Of a DNA stretch of 64,000 bases, positions 27,547 to 38,286 are shown one piece after another. The notes under the pieces are model-generated. The model made no database searches, had not been told where the DNA came from, and saw only the letters and a list, made by a program, of their open reading frames with translations. The stretch's first letter is position 1, and every line of letters starts with the position of its first letter. Origin of the DNA: Candidatus Poribacteria bacterium (GTDB lineage Bacteria > Poribacteria > WGA-4E > WGA-3G); NCBI GenBank assembly GCA_003635185.1, contig PYJA01000069.1, positions 1,027 to 65,026 of the forward strand. Reading direction: 5' to 3'. Made by a program: the position numbers and the translations under genes.

Positions 27547-27654
27547 GAACGCAAACTAACAGTTTGCTCTACAAAGACTTTTACTGTAGCACAAACTGTT
27601 AGTTTGTGCATCTGTAGAACATAAACTAACAGTTTGCCCTACAAAGACTTTTAC
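27547..27654. repeat. cluster of three REP-like hairpins (core GCAAACTAACAGTTTGC) in +,-,+ orientation
   Basis: The hairpins are at 27551-27567, 27589-27609 (inverted) and 27621-27637. A 38-bp unit, gaac.caaactaacagtttgc.ctacaaagacttttac, occurs twice. Confidence 0.85.
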
Positions 27655-27708
27655 CAAAACACGCTGCACCAACGAGGTTAAGAAACCGCACCTAATGGGA
27701 CTTGAAAG

Positions 27709-29682
27709 CTATTCGGTCTTAAGCCGTTTTTGACGATCTTGTAAAAATTTAATAACAGTATCTGCACTTTGGAAACCAAGAGTCCCTGCTTCATCTATGA
27801 CCATCTGCATTTGGATAGGGTTATTCGTCAACATCGTTTCTGCTTTTTGGTAATATTCTGCTGCGGCATCCTTTTCTCCGCTTTCTTGGTGCATGACTGC
27901 TAAGTAGATATGCGCAGCAGCGAACCGGGGCGATCTGGTGCGGTTTTTGATAAACTCCTCAAAGGCAAAGCGCGCATCAGTATACCGTTGGTCCTCAAAG
28001 TGGACCCTGCCGATGCGAAATAGTGCTCTGTCCGCATAGCTATCTTTGTATCCATCGGACAGATAAAGTTCGCGTTCAGGATAGCTGATAGTTGTTTGAT
28101 AAGCTTGCAATGCTTCGTCAAATCGCTGGAGTTTCCTGTAGATTTCACCTACTTGGAAGGTTGCCATCATGGCCTGTAAGGTATTTGGCTGTTGTTCAAT
28201 AATAGCATTGAAAATTTTGAGCGCGCTGTTTGGTTTTTCAAGTACGTCCACATAAATAATGCCCATACGGTAACGTGCTTCAGCTGCATAAGGCGATTTA
28301 GGATGCTCCTGCACTATTTTATTATAAGCCTTAACGGCTTTAGAATAATCCAGTAACTCGCGCTCATAGATAGTAGCGATCTGTAATTTTGTTCTAACTT
28401 TCTCGGCAACGTTTAATTGATTACCTTGAATTTGTAGAAGTAAATTTTGAATTGCCGCGCGGTGTTTAAGCGAACGAAGTTGTACTGCAGCCTGCTTAGC
28501 AAATTGTGTATCTGGGGCATGACTGATTAGATGACGCGCAATTTTTGAGGCTTCATCGTAGTTCCCACCTTCCACTGCTTTCTCAAGTTTTTCGAATTCG
28601 TGTTTGGGAATGCGTTGCGTTATCGTTCCTATTTTGCTCCGTACCAATTTGGTCACTTCCGCAGGACTTTTATCGTACATTGCAATCTGCCCAAGGTACA
28701 CTGGATCAAGCGTCGGAAGGTAAACGTTAAGGAAAATTTTAAAAGCGTTGCGTGCTTCGTAATAGTTCTGTATTTCCTCATAACAAATGCCGGACCAATA
28801 AAAAACTGCGGGCATATTCCAGAAGTTCGGGTATTTCTCATCGATTGAATCATATACAGTAAGTGCTTGTTGATACGCCTCTCCCTCGCGATGAATATTT
28901 GCAATATGGAAAAGTGCCTCGGCAGCGAAATTGCTCGTTGGATAGTTGTCCGCAACTTTTTTGTATGCATCAATTGCTAACGGCAATTGATGTAACACCG
29001 TATGCCTTAGATGTGCGATCCGCCATTGTGCTTCAGCAGCTAACTTGTCGGTAGGATATTTTTTAAGCAATTCTTGATATATTTCAATTGCACGTTCAGG
29101 TTGATTGAGTTGGTTATGCATTCGGTAGAGTTCAGCAATCTGAAATTTTGCAACCGTTTCAAGCGGGGTGTCTTTGTAGGTGCGTACAATCTCTTTCTGC
29201 ATCTGTAGATTTTTGAGTGCAGTTCGGATGTCTCGTATTTTCTGTAATCCGATTTTATGGACGAAATGTATTTCTGGTGCCGTGCCAACAAGCGTCCGGA
29301 AACTATGAATAGCCTTCTCATATTCTCCCATTCTACTGTACACATCACCAGTCTTAATATAGGAGAGAAAAATCTCAGCGATGGGCAACCCATCCGCTCT
29401 CATACTGAGGATTTTTTTATACGCCTTCAGTGCCTCTGGATATTGCTGCGTATAGTTGTAATATATCTCGCCAAGCTGGTAGTAGCACCTACTCCGAGTT
29501 TCAATATCTTTGGCAGATTTTGCAAGTTTCTCCAATTTGGTGGCAGCTTCTGTATAACGCTTTTCTTTAAGTAAGGAGGTAACTTCATCAAGCTGCGCGT
29601 GTGCAGTGCATAAAACCAGCGACATTAGCAGCATATACAACATGGCGCATTGGAGAATAGGAGTGAATTTCAAATTTTTCAC
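27709..29682 (-). CDS. secreted tetratricopeptide-repeat (TPR) protein
   Basis: N-terminal signal peptide followed by many TPR-like A..Y......P......A motifs. Confidence 0.8.
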   Translation of the reverse strand: MKNLKFTPILQCAMLYMLLMSLVLCTAHAQLDEVTSLLKEKRYTEAATKLEKLAKSAKDIETRSRCYYQLGEIYYNYTQQYPEALKAYKKILSMRADGLPIAEIFLSYIKTGDVYSRMGEYEKAIHSFRTLVGTAPEIHFVHKIGLQKIRDIRTALKNLQMQKEIVRTYKDTPLETVAKFQIAELYRMHNQLNQPERAIEIYQELLKKYPTDKLAAEAQWRIAHLRHTVLHQLPLAIDAYKKVADNYPTSNFAAEALFHIANIHREGEAYQQALTVYDSIDEKYPNFWNMPAVFYWSGICYEEIQNYYEARNAFKIFLNVYLPTLDPVYLGQIAMYDKSPAEVTKLVRSKIGTITQRIPKHEFEKLEKAVEGGNYDEASKIARHLISHAPDTQFAKQAAVQLRSLKHRAAIQNLLLQIQGNQLNVAEKVRTKLQIATIYERELLDYSKAVKAYNKIVQEHPKSPYAAEARYRMGIIYVDVLEKPNSALKIFNAIIEQQPNTLQAMMATFQVGEIYRKLQRFDEALQAYQTTISYPERELYLSDGYKDSYADRALFRIGRVHFEDQRYTDARFAFEEFIKNRTRSPRFAAAHIYLAVMHQESGEKDAAAEYYQKAETMLTNNPIQMQMVIDEAGTLGFQSADTVIKFLQDRQKRLKTE

Positions 29683-29725
29683 CTAAAACTCTTTTAATTT
29701 CAACAACTACCTGAGAACTGTAACA

Positions 29726-30343
29726 TCAGAGTTCTGAATGAACGTTCTTCAAGTGTTTTTTGGCGATATTTGCCCAATTGGTACCCTGTGCTTGGTCTTT
29801 CACCCGATTGAGTTGACTGACTGTATCCCATCCATCTGAATTACGAAGATGTTTATTTCGAAGGACATCTTCCATACTCCGTTGAATATCCTGATGTCTA
29901 TACTGTTCAATGCGTGCGTCCGCAGAATCAATTTGACTCATGTCAATAGTTGGGGCAGGTCGGAACGGATTTCCAACGAAAAACGCGATAGAAATTACCG
30001 CAAAAATGAATAGACAGAAACTAACAACCTTTTGCTCTCGCAAGGTTAACAGCAACCCCGTTGCAAAATCTGATAAACGGGAGTGTAGTGTAGGCTTAAC
30101 AGGTGGCACCTCAGCGAGTCGCCTATATAATTTCGCCTCAAGGTTGCGTGGCGCAATTATGTGCGGCGTTAATTCCGCCTCTGCTTCGTCTACAAGGTGA
30201 AGCACGTGTTTATAAGCGTTGACATTTCTGGTGCAGTTATCACATGTAGAAAGATGGTGTTCAAAATCTACTACTTGTGATGCGTCTAACTCACCGTATA
30301 CATAATCAATCGCTTGTGCTTCAGATTTATTACATTTAGGCAT
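29726..30343 (-). CDS. anti-sigma factor (zf-HC2 type, single TM)
   Basis: H-x3-C-x2-C motif (HLSTCDNC), a central TM segment, and a position directly downstream of the ECF sigma gene. Confidence 0.75.
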   Translation of the reverse strand: MPKCNKSEAQAIDYVYGELDASQVVDFEHHLSTCDNCTRNVNAYKHVLHLVDEAEAELTPHIIAPRNLEAKLYRRLAEVPPVKPTLHSRLSDFATGLLLTLREQKVVSFCLFIFAVISIAFFVGNPFRPAPTIDMSQIDSADARIEQYRHQDIQRSMEDVLRNKHLRNSDGWDTVSQLNRVKDQAQGTNWANIAKKHLKNVHSEL

Positions 30344-30354
30344 GGATAAACCTC

Positions 30355-30939
30355 CTATATCTCATTATTTTCCCATAAAGGTCGTAGCAAAGTTTGTAAT
30401 TTTTTCGTTGCGCGATGAAGATGGATCTTAACGGTACCTTCAGCCATTCCGAGTGTTTCGGCAACCTCCTTAATCTGTAAACCTTCATACCGGGTTAACA
30501 TAAAAACAGCTTTCTGTTTAGAGGAGAGTTCGTCTACAGCTTCGCGGATGATGCGTCCACGTTCCTTTTCTTCAAGCTGTTTTTCGGGGTTACTCGATAT
30601 GTCTGTCGCAACGACTCTGGCTTCAATGACATCTTCATCTTCTAACATATAGACTGGTTTTCGCGCTTTAGAACGATGATAGTCAATAGCAAGGTTAGAG
30701 GCAATCGTATAAAGCCATGTCGAAAATTTTGCTTTCGGTTGCCATGACGCAAGAGCACGGTATGCCTTGAAAAACACTTCAAGCGTTAACTCTTCAGCAT
30801 CTTCGTAATTCCGAACAGACCGCAGAAGATAGCCGAAGATTTTACGTTCATAGCGTTTCATTAATTCATCAAAAGCCTTTTGGCTGCCCGATTTGAACTG
30901 CGTAACAAGCATTTCATCGTCAATTAATTTATCCATCAC
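30355..30939 (-). CDS. ECF-type RNA polymerase sigma-70 factor
   Basis: Region 2 (FSTWLYTIASNLAIDYHR) and region 4 (LQIKEVAETLGMAEGTVKIHLHRA). Confidence 0.9.
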   Translation of the reverse strand: MMDKLIDDEMLVTQFKSGSQKAFDELMKRYERKIFGYLLRSVRNYEDAEELTLEVFFKAYRALASWQPKAKFSTWLYTIASNLAIDYHRSKARKPVYMLEDEDVIEARVVATDISSNPEKQLEEKERGRIIREAVDELSSKQKAVFMLTRYEGLQIKEVAETLGMAEGTVKIHLHRATKKLQTLLRPLWENNEI

Positions 30940-31195
30940 TTTGCCAGACTTTCGTTCAGTTTATGAACAACTTACTCTTTTAACGTAACAGGGTTTCATT
31001 AAGTTTACAGAAATTGCGGTTTTATGTCAAAATTGGTAAGATTAATCTCGCCCGATATATAATGAGCTTTGAAATTATTGGGACATTTTGATAAACCTAT
31101 TTTAGAAATATAATGAACAACAGAAATTGTAGTGCAAACTGGAAGTTTGCGTTACAGAAGTGCCTCATTAATTATAGGTTTACTATAATAACTAT

Positions 31196-31552
31196 ACTAT
31201 AGTTTGGACAGTTTTCGTTTGTATTGTTTTTTGGACACCTCATGCAGCATGCCACACGCGCATGCTGCCACCGCTGGTGCTTGGTTACTGGATGCATTTA
31301 CGTTTCTGGACACCTATCGCACCGCTGGTGCTACCGAAATGGACAATAACATTCTTTTTCTGTGAGTTTCGGACAGTATTGTAACTCAACGAAAATATAT
31401 CAAACATCAAAGTGGCAGTCCCAGAGGGACGGAATGTGTATAGATCATTTCCAGTCCCACTCCAAGCCCCAGAGGGGCGAAATGTGTTTTAGCACGAGGT
31501 TTAAAATAAAAATAAAAAGCATCACGACTCAAAAAACTGTCCAAACTATAGT
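31196..31552. mobile_element. 357-bp MITE-like element with 20-bp perfect terminal inverted repeats
   Basis: 31196-31215 (actatagtttggacagtttt) is the reverse complement of 31533-31552. The interior is packed with short hairpins and repeated GGACA motifs and has no credible ORF. Confidence 0.6.
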
Positions 31553-31703
31553 AAAATTATACATGAGCCAAAAATTTTTATTTACAGGATCCCTGAAATT
31601 TTTCCTTACTCAAAAGTGAAAGATTTGATAAAATAGTTGACAAACACGCTTACCTGCTAAACCCAATAACACTGCAACCAAAAAAACCGAAAAAGGAGTA
31701 ATA

Positions 31704-33164
31704 ATGGAAAAACGTCCAAATATCCTATGGTACTGCACAGACCAACAACGTTTCGACACTATCGGAGCGTTAGGCAATCCACATATCCGCACACCCAGAC
31801 TCAATGAATTTGTCCGACAATCTGTCTCATTCACCAACGCCTATTGCCAATCTCCGATTTGTACGCCGTCTCGTGCAAGTTTTATGACAGGCATGTATCC
31901 CTCCGCCATAAGCGTCACTGGCAACGGCAACCCCGTTTTTCCCCAATATTACGAAGATCGACTGATCTCTCATGTTCTTGCACAAGAGGGCTATGATTGT
32001 GGTTTGATTGGTAAACTCCATCTCGCAAGTGCGTTTGATGGACAAGAAAACCGTGTAAATGATGGCTACCGCTACTTCCAATATAGCCATGACCACGGAA
32101 AACCGAACGCATTCGGACACGAATATGCCGATTGGCTACGTGAACAAGGTGAGGACCTTGGTGAGCTCTTGCGGCAACGAGTGGTCGTCCAAAAACCGAA
32201 GAAAGATACCGGACAATTTCCTGAACCGACACCGGATTGTGACAACATCCCACCCCATCTCCATCAAACTTATTGGTGCACCGAAAAGACAATCGAGTTT
32301 ATCAACAAAAATAGACGAAAAGATCAACCGTGGATGCTAAATATCAATCCATTTGACCCGCATCCGGGTTTTGACGCACCTTGGGAGTATTATCGGCGCT
32401 ACGACCCAGAAATGTTGCCCGGCCCTTACTTTCAGGAAAGCGACATCGATTTTCAGGCAAAATTAACTGACGCAGGCATCGATTTTCAATCGAAGGCAAA
32501 ACACCCTTCAGAATTTGACGGCAAACAGGTCCAAGCGTCTTATTATGCCATGATTGAACAGGTTGACCACGAATTTGGACGTATACTTGACTATCTTGAG
32601 ACTGAGGGACTTCGTGATAACACTATCGTTATTTTCACTTCCGACCATGGGGAATCACTTGGAGACCACGGGTTGTTATATAAAGGGTGTCGTTTTTACG
32701 AGGGATTGACACGGGTGCCACTTTTTATCTCATGGCCAACACACTTCCTGCAGTGTGTTTATAGCCATGATCTTGTTGAATTGGTTGATATTGTTCCCAC
32801 ACTATACGATATATTAGATATAGACATACCTTATTATGTTCAGGGTAAATCGCTTATCCAACTATTACGCGGTGGTGTTTATGCTTACGAACATAGAGAA
32901 GCAGCCCGATGTGAATTTTTCGGTGCACTCGCAACCGCTGATCAGACACACGCTACAATGTATCGGGACAGACGTTGGAAACTCGTTGTGTACCATCAAA
33001 AGAATATTTGCGAACTGTATGACCTCAACAATGACCCGTGGGAACACAACGATCTCTCCGAACATGCTGATTTTCAAGATATTAAGTGGGAACTTATGCA
33101 AAAGAGTTTTGATGCTACCGTCTATGCACACCCGCGAATGGTCCCCAGGGTTGCTTCACATTAG
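31704..33164 (+). CDS. sulfatase (formylglycine-dependent arylsulfatase family)
   Basis: Active-site signature CTPSRASFMTG (C-x-P-x-R), and FTSDHGE. Confidence 0.9.
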   Translation: MEKRPNILWYCTDQQRFDTIGALGNPHIRTPRLNEFVRQSVSFTNAYCQSPICTPSRASFMTGMYPSAISVTGNGNPVFPQYYEDRLISHVLAQEGYDCGLIGKLHLASAFDGQENRVNDGYRYFQYSHDHGKPNAFGHEYADWLREQGEDLGELLRQRVVVQKPKKDTGQFPEPTPDCDNIPPHLHQTYWCTEKTIEFINKNRRKDQPWMLNINPFDPHPGFDAPWEYYRRYDPEMLPGPYFQESDIDFQAKLTDAGIDFQSKAKHPSEFDGKQVQASYYAMIEQVDHEFGRILDYLETEGLRDNTIVIFTSDHGESLGDHGLLYKGCRFYEGLTRVPLFISWPTHFLQCVYSHDLVELVDIVPTLYDILDIDIPYYVQGKSLIQLLRGGVYAYEHREAARCEFFGALATADQTHATMYRDRRWKLVVYHQKNICELYDLNNDPWEHNDLSEHADFQDIKWELMQKSFDATVYAHPRMVPRVASH

Positions 33165-33231
33165 TCTGTTGTCTGTTCCCAATTTTAAAACCGCTTTTGA
33201 AAATCATGTGCTAAAGCAAGGTGGAAAATAG

Positions 33232-35145
33232 ATGACCGTAAGAGCACTCCTACTCGGTTTAGCACTTGTCGTTGTACAGGCTGCAATTACGCCTTATAAC
33301 GACTACTACCTCCAAGGAACAGACATCGCTGGAAATCACTTCCCTTTAGGTGCAGTATTTACACTGATTTTTCTTACGCTTGTCATCAACCCCATTTTAA
33401 AGAGTGTGTTTCCTCGCGCAACACTAAATCCCGCAGAATTGATAGTCATTTGGGTAATGATGGGGATAAGTTCAGCGATTCCATCAAAAGGGATGATGGG
33501 TTTTTTACTGCCCTATTTGGCGGCACCGGTCTATTTTGCCACACCTGAAAACGAATGGGCAGAAACGCTTCACCCCCATTTTCCCGAATGGTTAATTGTA
33601 TGGGATAAACACGCTGTTACCAATTTTTACGAGGGAGAATCGGTTGTTCCGTGGGCACTTTGGTTAAAACCGATTTTCGTCTGGACAGTTTTTATTCTCC
33701 TGCTCTACTGTGTAACAATCTGTGTGTCAATTGTCTTGCGAAAACAGTGGGTTGAACGGGAACGGTTTATATTCCCGCTTGTTACTGTTCCAGTAGAGAT
33801 GGTTCAGCAAACCTCAACGCGCAGCGGTGTAGGCGGTCTTTTCAGGAATCGATTCGTATGGATAGGATTCGGGATTGCCGCTGCGTTTCATCTGCTCAAT
33901 GGACTGCACGAGTATTTTCCCGCGCTGCCCTCCATTCCGAATCGGTACGACCTTTCCACGCCATTCACGGAACGCCCGTGGATCGTGATGAGATGGTGGC
34001 CCCAATTTCGTTTCTTTCTGTATTTCTCTGTTATCGGTATAACCTATTTTCTCGCGATGGAGGTGTCGTTCAGCTGCTGGTTTTTCTTTCTATTTTTCAA
34101 GCTACAGTACATCATTATCAACGCCTTTGCTATCCCTATCAGTCCGTGGATATGTGCAAGAGGGCAAACAATGGCTGCTTATGTGGTGATGGTTCTGGCT
34201 TTTCTCATCAACAGTCGTGCACATATCAAGGACATCCTAAAGAGGACATTCTCACAGTCTACCGTCACTGCAGCGATTGACGACTCAGATGAAGTTTTAC
34301 CATATAGATGGGCTGTTCTTGGAGTGATTTTTAGTTTTCTCCTACTTGCTGGGCTTTGCGCATACACTGGGATGTCGTTTTGGGTTGCTTGTAGCATTAT
34401 CACGCTGTTCCTGATTACCTCTACCGCGCTGTCGTGGATGGTCGTCAACGGAGGAATGTTGCTGATTCAAGCGCCTATGTATCCTATAGAATACTTTGAG
34501 ATTATTACGGGTTCAAGAATCATCAATGCAAACAGTCTGGCACTCTTAGGATTTCAGCGAGTCATGATGCGCGACTGGGGCGGTATTTTAATGCCGAGCG
34601 TTCTGCACGGGTTTAAAGCGGCAGACCCACTCCGTTTAAATCGGAGAAACGTGCTGTGGGCAATGGCACTCGCCATTGTTGTTGCAATCGGTGTTTCCTA
34701 CGCGGCATCGTTACCCCTGATTTATGAAAAAGGTGGTTTAAATCTGCAACGCGGTCCCTTCATCGGAGCGCCGAGATACTTCAATCATATCGTTTCACTG
34801 ATTCAGTACCCGAGAGATGCGAAATTAGGGGAAACATATAGTATGATTTTAGGAGTCGGCATCACATCTTTTCTACTCATCATGCAGCGTCAATTTATGT
34901 GGTGGCAACTTCACCCGATTGGATATGTGATGGGGGCAGTTTACTCATCCTATTTCCTGTGGTCATGTATATTTATCGGTTGGTTTTTGAAGTTTTTGGT
35001 CCTGAAATCGGGCGGTATCGGATATTATCGAAGGTTTCGTCCGTTGTTCATGGGATTGATCGTTGGTGAATTCGGTATCGTTGGTTTGTGGATGATACTT
35101 GGGATGTTTACTGGTGTCAATTATCAGAATGCTTTACCGGGGTAA
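33232..35145 (+). CDS. large polytopic membrane protein of unknown function
   Basis: 637 aa with many hydrophobic segments and clean codon structure. I recognise no family. Confidence 0.6.
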   Translation: MTVRALLLGLALVVVQAAITPYNDYYLQGTDIAGNHFPLGAVFTLIFLTLVINPILKSVFPRATLNPAELIVIWVMMGISSAIPSKGMMGFLLPYLAAPVYFATPENEWAETLHPHFPEWLIVWDKHAVTNFYEGESVVPWALWLKPIFVWTVFILLLYCVTICVSIVLRKQWVERERFIFPLVTVPVEMVQQTSTRSGVGGLFRNRFVWIGFGIAAAFHLLNGLHEYFPALPSIPNRYDLSTPFTERPWIVMRWWPQFRFFLYFSVIGITYFLAMEVSFSCWFFFLFFKLQYIIINAFAIPISPWICARGQTMAAYVVMVLAFLINSRAHIKDILKRTFSQSTVTAAIDDSDEVLPYRWAVLGVIFSFLLLAGLCAYTGMSFWVACSIITLFLITSTALSWMVVNGGMLLIQAPMYPIEYFEIITGSRIINANSLALLGFQRVMMRDWGGILMPSVLHGFKAADPLRLNRRNVLWAMALAIVVAIGVSYAASLPLIYEKGGLNLQRGPFIGAPRYFNHIVSLIQYPRDAKLGETYSMILGVGITSFLLIMQRQFMWWQLHPIGYVMGAVYSSYFLWSCIFIGWFLKFLVLKSGGIGYYRRFRPLFMGLIVGEFGIVGLWMILGMFTGVNYQNALPG

Positions 35146-35316
35146 TCCGAACCTCACCACACTACCGATTTTTTTCTTAAACTTCGGACAGATTGGACTA
35201 CTATGTGCCAGCTTAGGTTATTATAGGGCAAGATAAACTATGGGTGACGGTACCGAAACCTAATGCTGATTAGAAAAATTTGAGAAGTTGGGGCAAGGTT
35301 TGCAGGAAAAGATAGA

Positions 35317-35388
35317 AGCCGATGAGAGGATTTGAACCTCCGACCTACTGATTACGAATCAGTTGCTCTTCCACTGAGCTACACCGGC
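35317..35388 (-). tRNA. tRNA-Thr (anticodon CGU)
   Basis: I folded the cloverleaf by hand. It has a 7-bp acceptor stem (GCCGGUG/CAUCGGC), an anticodon loop UUCGUAA and a T-loop UUCAAAU. CCA is not encoded. Confidence 0.9.
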
Positions 35389-35520
35389 TTGACATATTAT
35401 ACTAACCTAAGTTGCCACATAATAGCACAATCTGTTAGATTGGGTTTCCTGTGAGGATACAAACTGACAGTTTGCGCTATAAAAGATTGCTTGGCCCGAG
35501 CTTACGTTACAAATAGAAAA

Positions 35521-35593
<73 letters not shown>

Positions 35594-35777
35594 ATCAGGT
35601 AATACATGATACTATTAAATCAAATCGTTTGTCAAGTTTATCAGCATTTTTTACGCGTAAAAAAACTTGCATAAAATTCCATAATAAGGTATCCTTTTTA
35701 AAACTGATTGTGTCTTGCTCCATCTTCTAAGAGATATGAGGATTAATCAGGACCTTTGAAACACTGGAGGAATCTGG

Positions 35778-36476
35778 ATGGCGCATAAACTATCCATTGT
35801 GATTCCGATTTACAATGAGGCTGAGCATTTAGAGGAAATTTTACGACAAATAAATGCGGTCGAAATCGGGATGGAAAAAGAACTTATTCTGGTTGATGAT
35901 TGTTCAACGGACGGGACGCGCGAGATTTTAGAGAAACTCCAAAATTCAGCTGAAAATACTGCTAAAATTTTTTACCACGAAATAAATCGCGGCAAAGGGG
36001 CAACCTTGCGAACCGGTTTTCAACATATTACAGGCGAAATTACCCTCATACAAGATGCGGATTTAGAATACGATCCCCAAGATTACCCGAAGTTACTTGA
36101 ACCTATTTTGGCTAACAAAGCCGATGTCGTTTATGGATCACGATTTATGGGAGGACGACAAGAAGGTTTGTTACGGAGTTATCTTGCGAACCGATTTCTT
36201 ACCTTTCTGTCAAACCTTGTAAACGGAACAAAATTAACAGACATGGAAACCTGTTATAAGGTCATTAAAACTGATATTCTGAAGGATATTTCGCTCTGTT
36301 CAGATAGATTCGGTTTTGAACCAGAGATTACTGCGAAATTGGCAAAACGTAAGTGCAATATCGTTGATGTCCCGATAAGTTATCGCGGTAGAGACTACGA
36401 TGAAGGAAAAACTATAAGTTGGAAAGACGGTGTTGCAGCGATTTTTCATATTCTCAGGTTCCGTTTTTTCTCTTAA
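35778..36476 (+). CDS. family-2 glycosyltransferase (dolichyl/polyprenyl-phosphate sugar synthase-like)
   Basis: Blocks VIPIYNE, VDDCSTDGT and IQDADLEYDP. Confidence 0.85.
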   Translation: MAHKLSIVIPIYNEAEHLEEILRQINAVEIGMEKELILVDDCSTDGTREILEKLQNSAENTAKIFYHEINRGKGATLRTGFQHITGEITLIQDADLEYDPQDYPKLLEPILANKADVVYGSRFMGGRQEGLLRSYLANRFLTFLSNLVNGTKLTDMETCYKVIKTDILKDISLCSDRFGFEPEITAKLAKRKCNIVDVPISYRGRDYDEGKTISWKDGVAAIFHILRFRFFS

Positions 36477-36528
36477 TTTCACCAACAAGGAGCATCAATT
36501 AACAAACTGTGCTAAAGGTTAAGAGTCT

Positions 36529-38286
36529 ATGGAAAATTTGCAGAATCTACTTAAAGAGGTTGACGATATTCTGAATTCGTCTGGTGATTTACAAACACAA
36601 CCACCTTTAGCGCAATTAGAAAAACAAGATGATGAACTTCTCAAGGCATTACAGCAATACTTTCAATACGATACTTTTCGGCATGGACAACGAGAAATTA
36701 TTGAAGCGATTTTGAATGAGGAGAATGTTTTTGCGGTATTTCCAACTGGACACGGAAAATCTTTATGTTACCAGCTACCTGCATTAATGCTACCGGGAAC
36801 AACAGTTGTTGTTTCACCGCTCATTTCGTTAATGAAAGACCAGGTAGATGCCCTACAGGCAAGGGGAATAGAGTCTGTATCACTTATAAATAGTACACTC
36901 AGTTGGGAAGAATACCGCCTTGAATTGAATAGATTGAAACAGAATAAGATTAAACTACTCTATATTTCTCCAGAACGTTTACGCAGCCGTAGATTTTTAG
37001 ATATACTAAATTCTGTACTTATCTCTCTTTTTGTCATTGACGAGGCACACTGTATTTCCCAATGGGGACACGATTTCCGTCCAGCTTATCTTTCAATCTA
37101 TGACGCTATTGACACACTTTATCCGCGTGCAATCGCCCTTTTCACGGCAACTGCGCCGCCAGACATCCGAAAAGATATTCTGAAAATACTGCAGATCCCA
37201 GAACCGAGAGTACTTGTGCAAGGGATGGAAAGACCTAACCTGAGACTTGCTGTTCACAAAAGCGAAGACGAAGAACAGAAATATACACTGCTTGAGGAAA
37301 ATATAGGTTCGCTCAAAGGAAATGGTATTGTCTATGCCGGACGGAGAAGTGAAACAGAAGAAATTGCCGATTTTCTTCAAAAGCAAGGATACCGTGCGGA
37401 TTATTACCATGCGGGGCGTGAGCTGCACGAACGCAAACAGATACAAGAAGCGTTTTTTGATGACAGCGGAAATGGATTAGACATTGTTGTTGCTACGAAT
37501 GCTTTTGGGATGGGAATTGATAAACCTAATATTCGGTATATTATTCATTGGACAATGACTGGCACTCTGGAGGAATACTGTCAAGAGGTTGGGCGCGCTG
37601 GTAGAGATGAAAACGATTCAGATTGTCTCTTATTCTATCTTCATGAAGACCGCGAGTTACACGAATGGTTCATCAAAGAGAGTGCTCCCGACAAACCTTC
37701 TCTTCTTAAACTGTTGCGAACACTGGAAAATTTGAAAGGTACAGGACAATATCGATTGGTGGCGATAGATGAATTAGAGCTGGAAGTTAGCTATAAGATA
37801 GCAAAAATACAGGTTGGACTTGCCTATCTGGAAAAACTTGGTTTTCTAAAAAGGTGGCACAACGTTCCGTCTCAAGTCTCTGTCCGGTTGAGAACACAGC
37901 CTACAGACGGGACATCGGTCCCGTCTAAGCTTTATACACATCTGCGTCAGCGGCGAATGACAGATATTTTAAGTTTTTGCCGAGACCTTGAACTGAGCCC
38001 ACGGCGGGTTATGGAACAACTCGCTGAACTTCAAAGTGAGGGACACCTTCAGTATTGGGGCAAAGATGACCTCATGCTGATTGAATTGCTAAAGGATAGT
38101 GAACTCCTTGCATCTCTCTCTGAAGAACAGATGGGACTTGGAGACTATGTAAAATACAAACGTAGTAGAATTGACAAAATGGTTCGCTATGCTGCGGCTG
38201 ATGAGTGTAGGACGAAAGTTATTCGTGATTATTTTGGAGAGGAGGTGCCTGAAGACTATCGATGTGGGACATGTGATAACTGCTGA
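36529..38286 (+). CDS. recQ: ATP-dependent DNA helicase RecQ
   Basis: Blocks FRHGQREIIE, PTGHGKSLCYQLP, VIDEAHCISQWGHDFRP, FTATA, ATNAFGMGIDKPNIR and a C-terminal Cys cluster. Confidence 0.9.
   Translation: MENLQNLLKEVDDILNSSGDLQTQPPLAQLEKQDDELLKALQQYFQYDTFRHGQREIIEAILNEENVFAVFPTGHGKSLCYQLPALMLPGTTVVVSPLISLMKDQVDALQARGIESVSLINSTLSWEEYRLELNRLKQNKIKLLYISPERLRSRRFLDILNSVLISLFVIDEAHCISQWGHDFRPAYLSIYDAIDTLYPRAIALFTATAPPDIRKDILKILQIPEPRVLVQGMERPNLRLAVHKSEDEEQKYTLLEENIGSLKGNGIVYAGRRSETEEIADFLQKQGYRADYYHAGRELHERKQIQEAFFDDSGNGLDIVVATNAFGMGIDKPNIRYIIHWTMTGTLEEYCQEVGRAGRDENDSDCLLFYLHEDRELHEWFIKESAPDKPSLLKLLRTLENLKGTGQYRLVAIDELELEVSYKIAKIQVGLAYLEKLGFLKRWHNVPSQVSVRLRTQPTDGTSVPSKLYTHLRQRRMTDILSFCRDLELSPRRVMEQLAELQSEGHLQYWGKDDLMLIELLKDSELLASLSEEQMGLGDYVKYKRSRIDKMVRYAAADECRTKVIRDYFGEEVPEDYRCGTCDNC

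Noticed and set aside
30940-31100. An ECF-type autoregulated promoter (GAAC...CGT) upstream of the sigma-factor gene.
   Set aside because: I found only weak, badly spaced matches (tGAAACc...cgtt). That is not enough to call a site.
31362-31619. An 85-aa ORF inside the TIR-bounded element.
   Set aside because: It is low-complexity, has no SD sequence, spans repeat motifs and runs past the right TIR. It is most likely non-coding.
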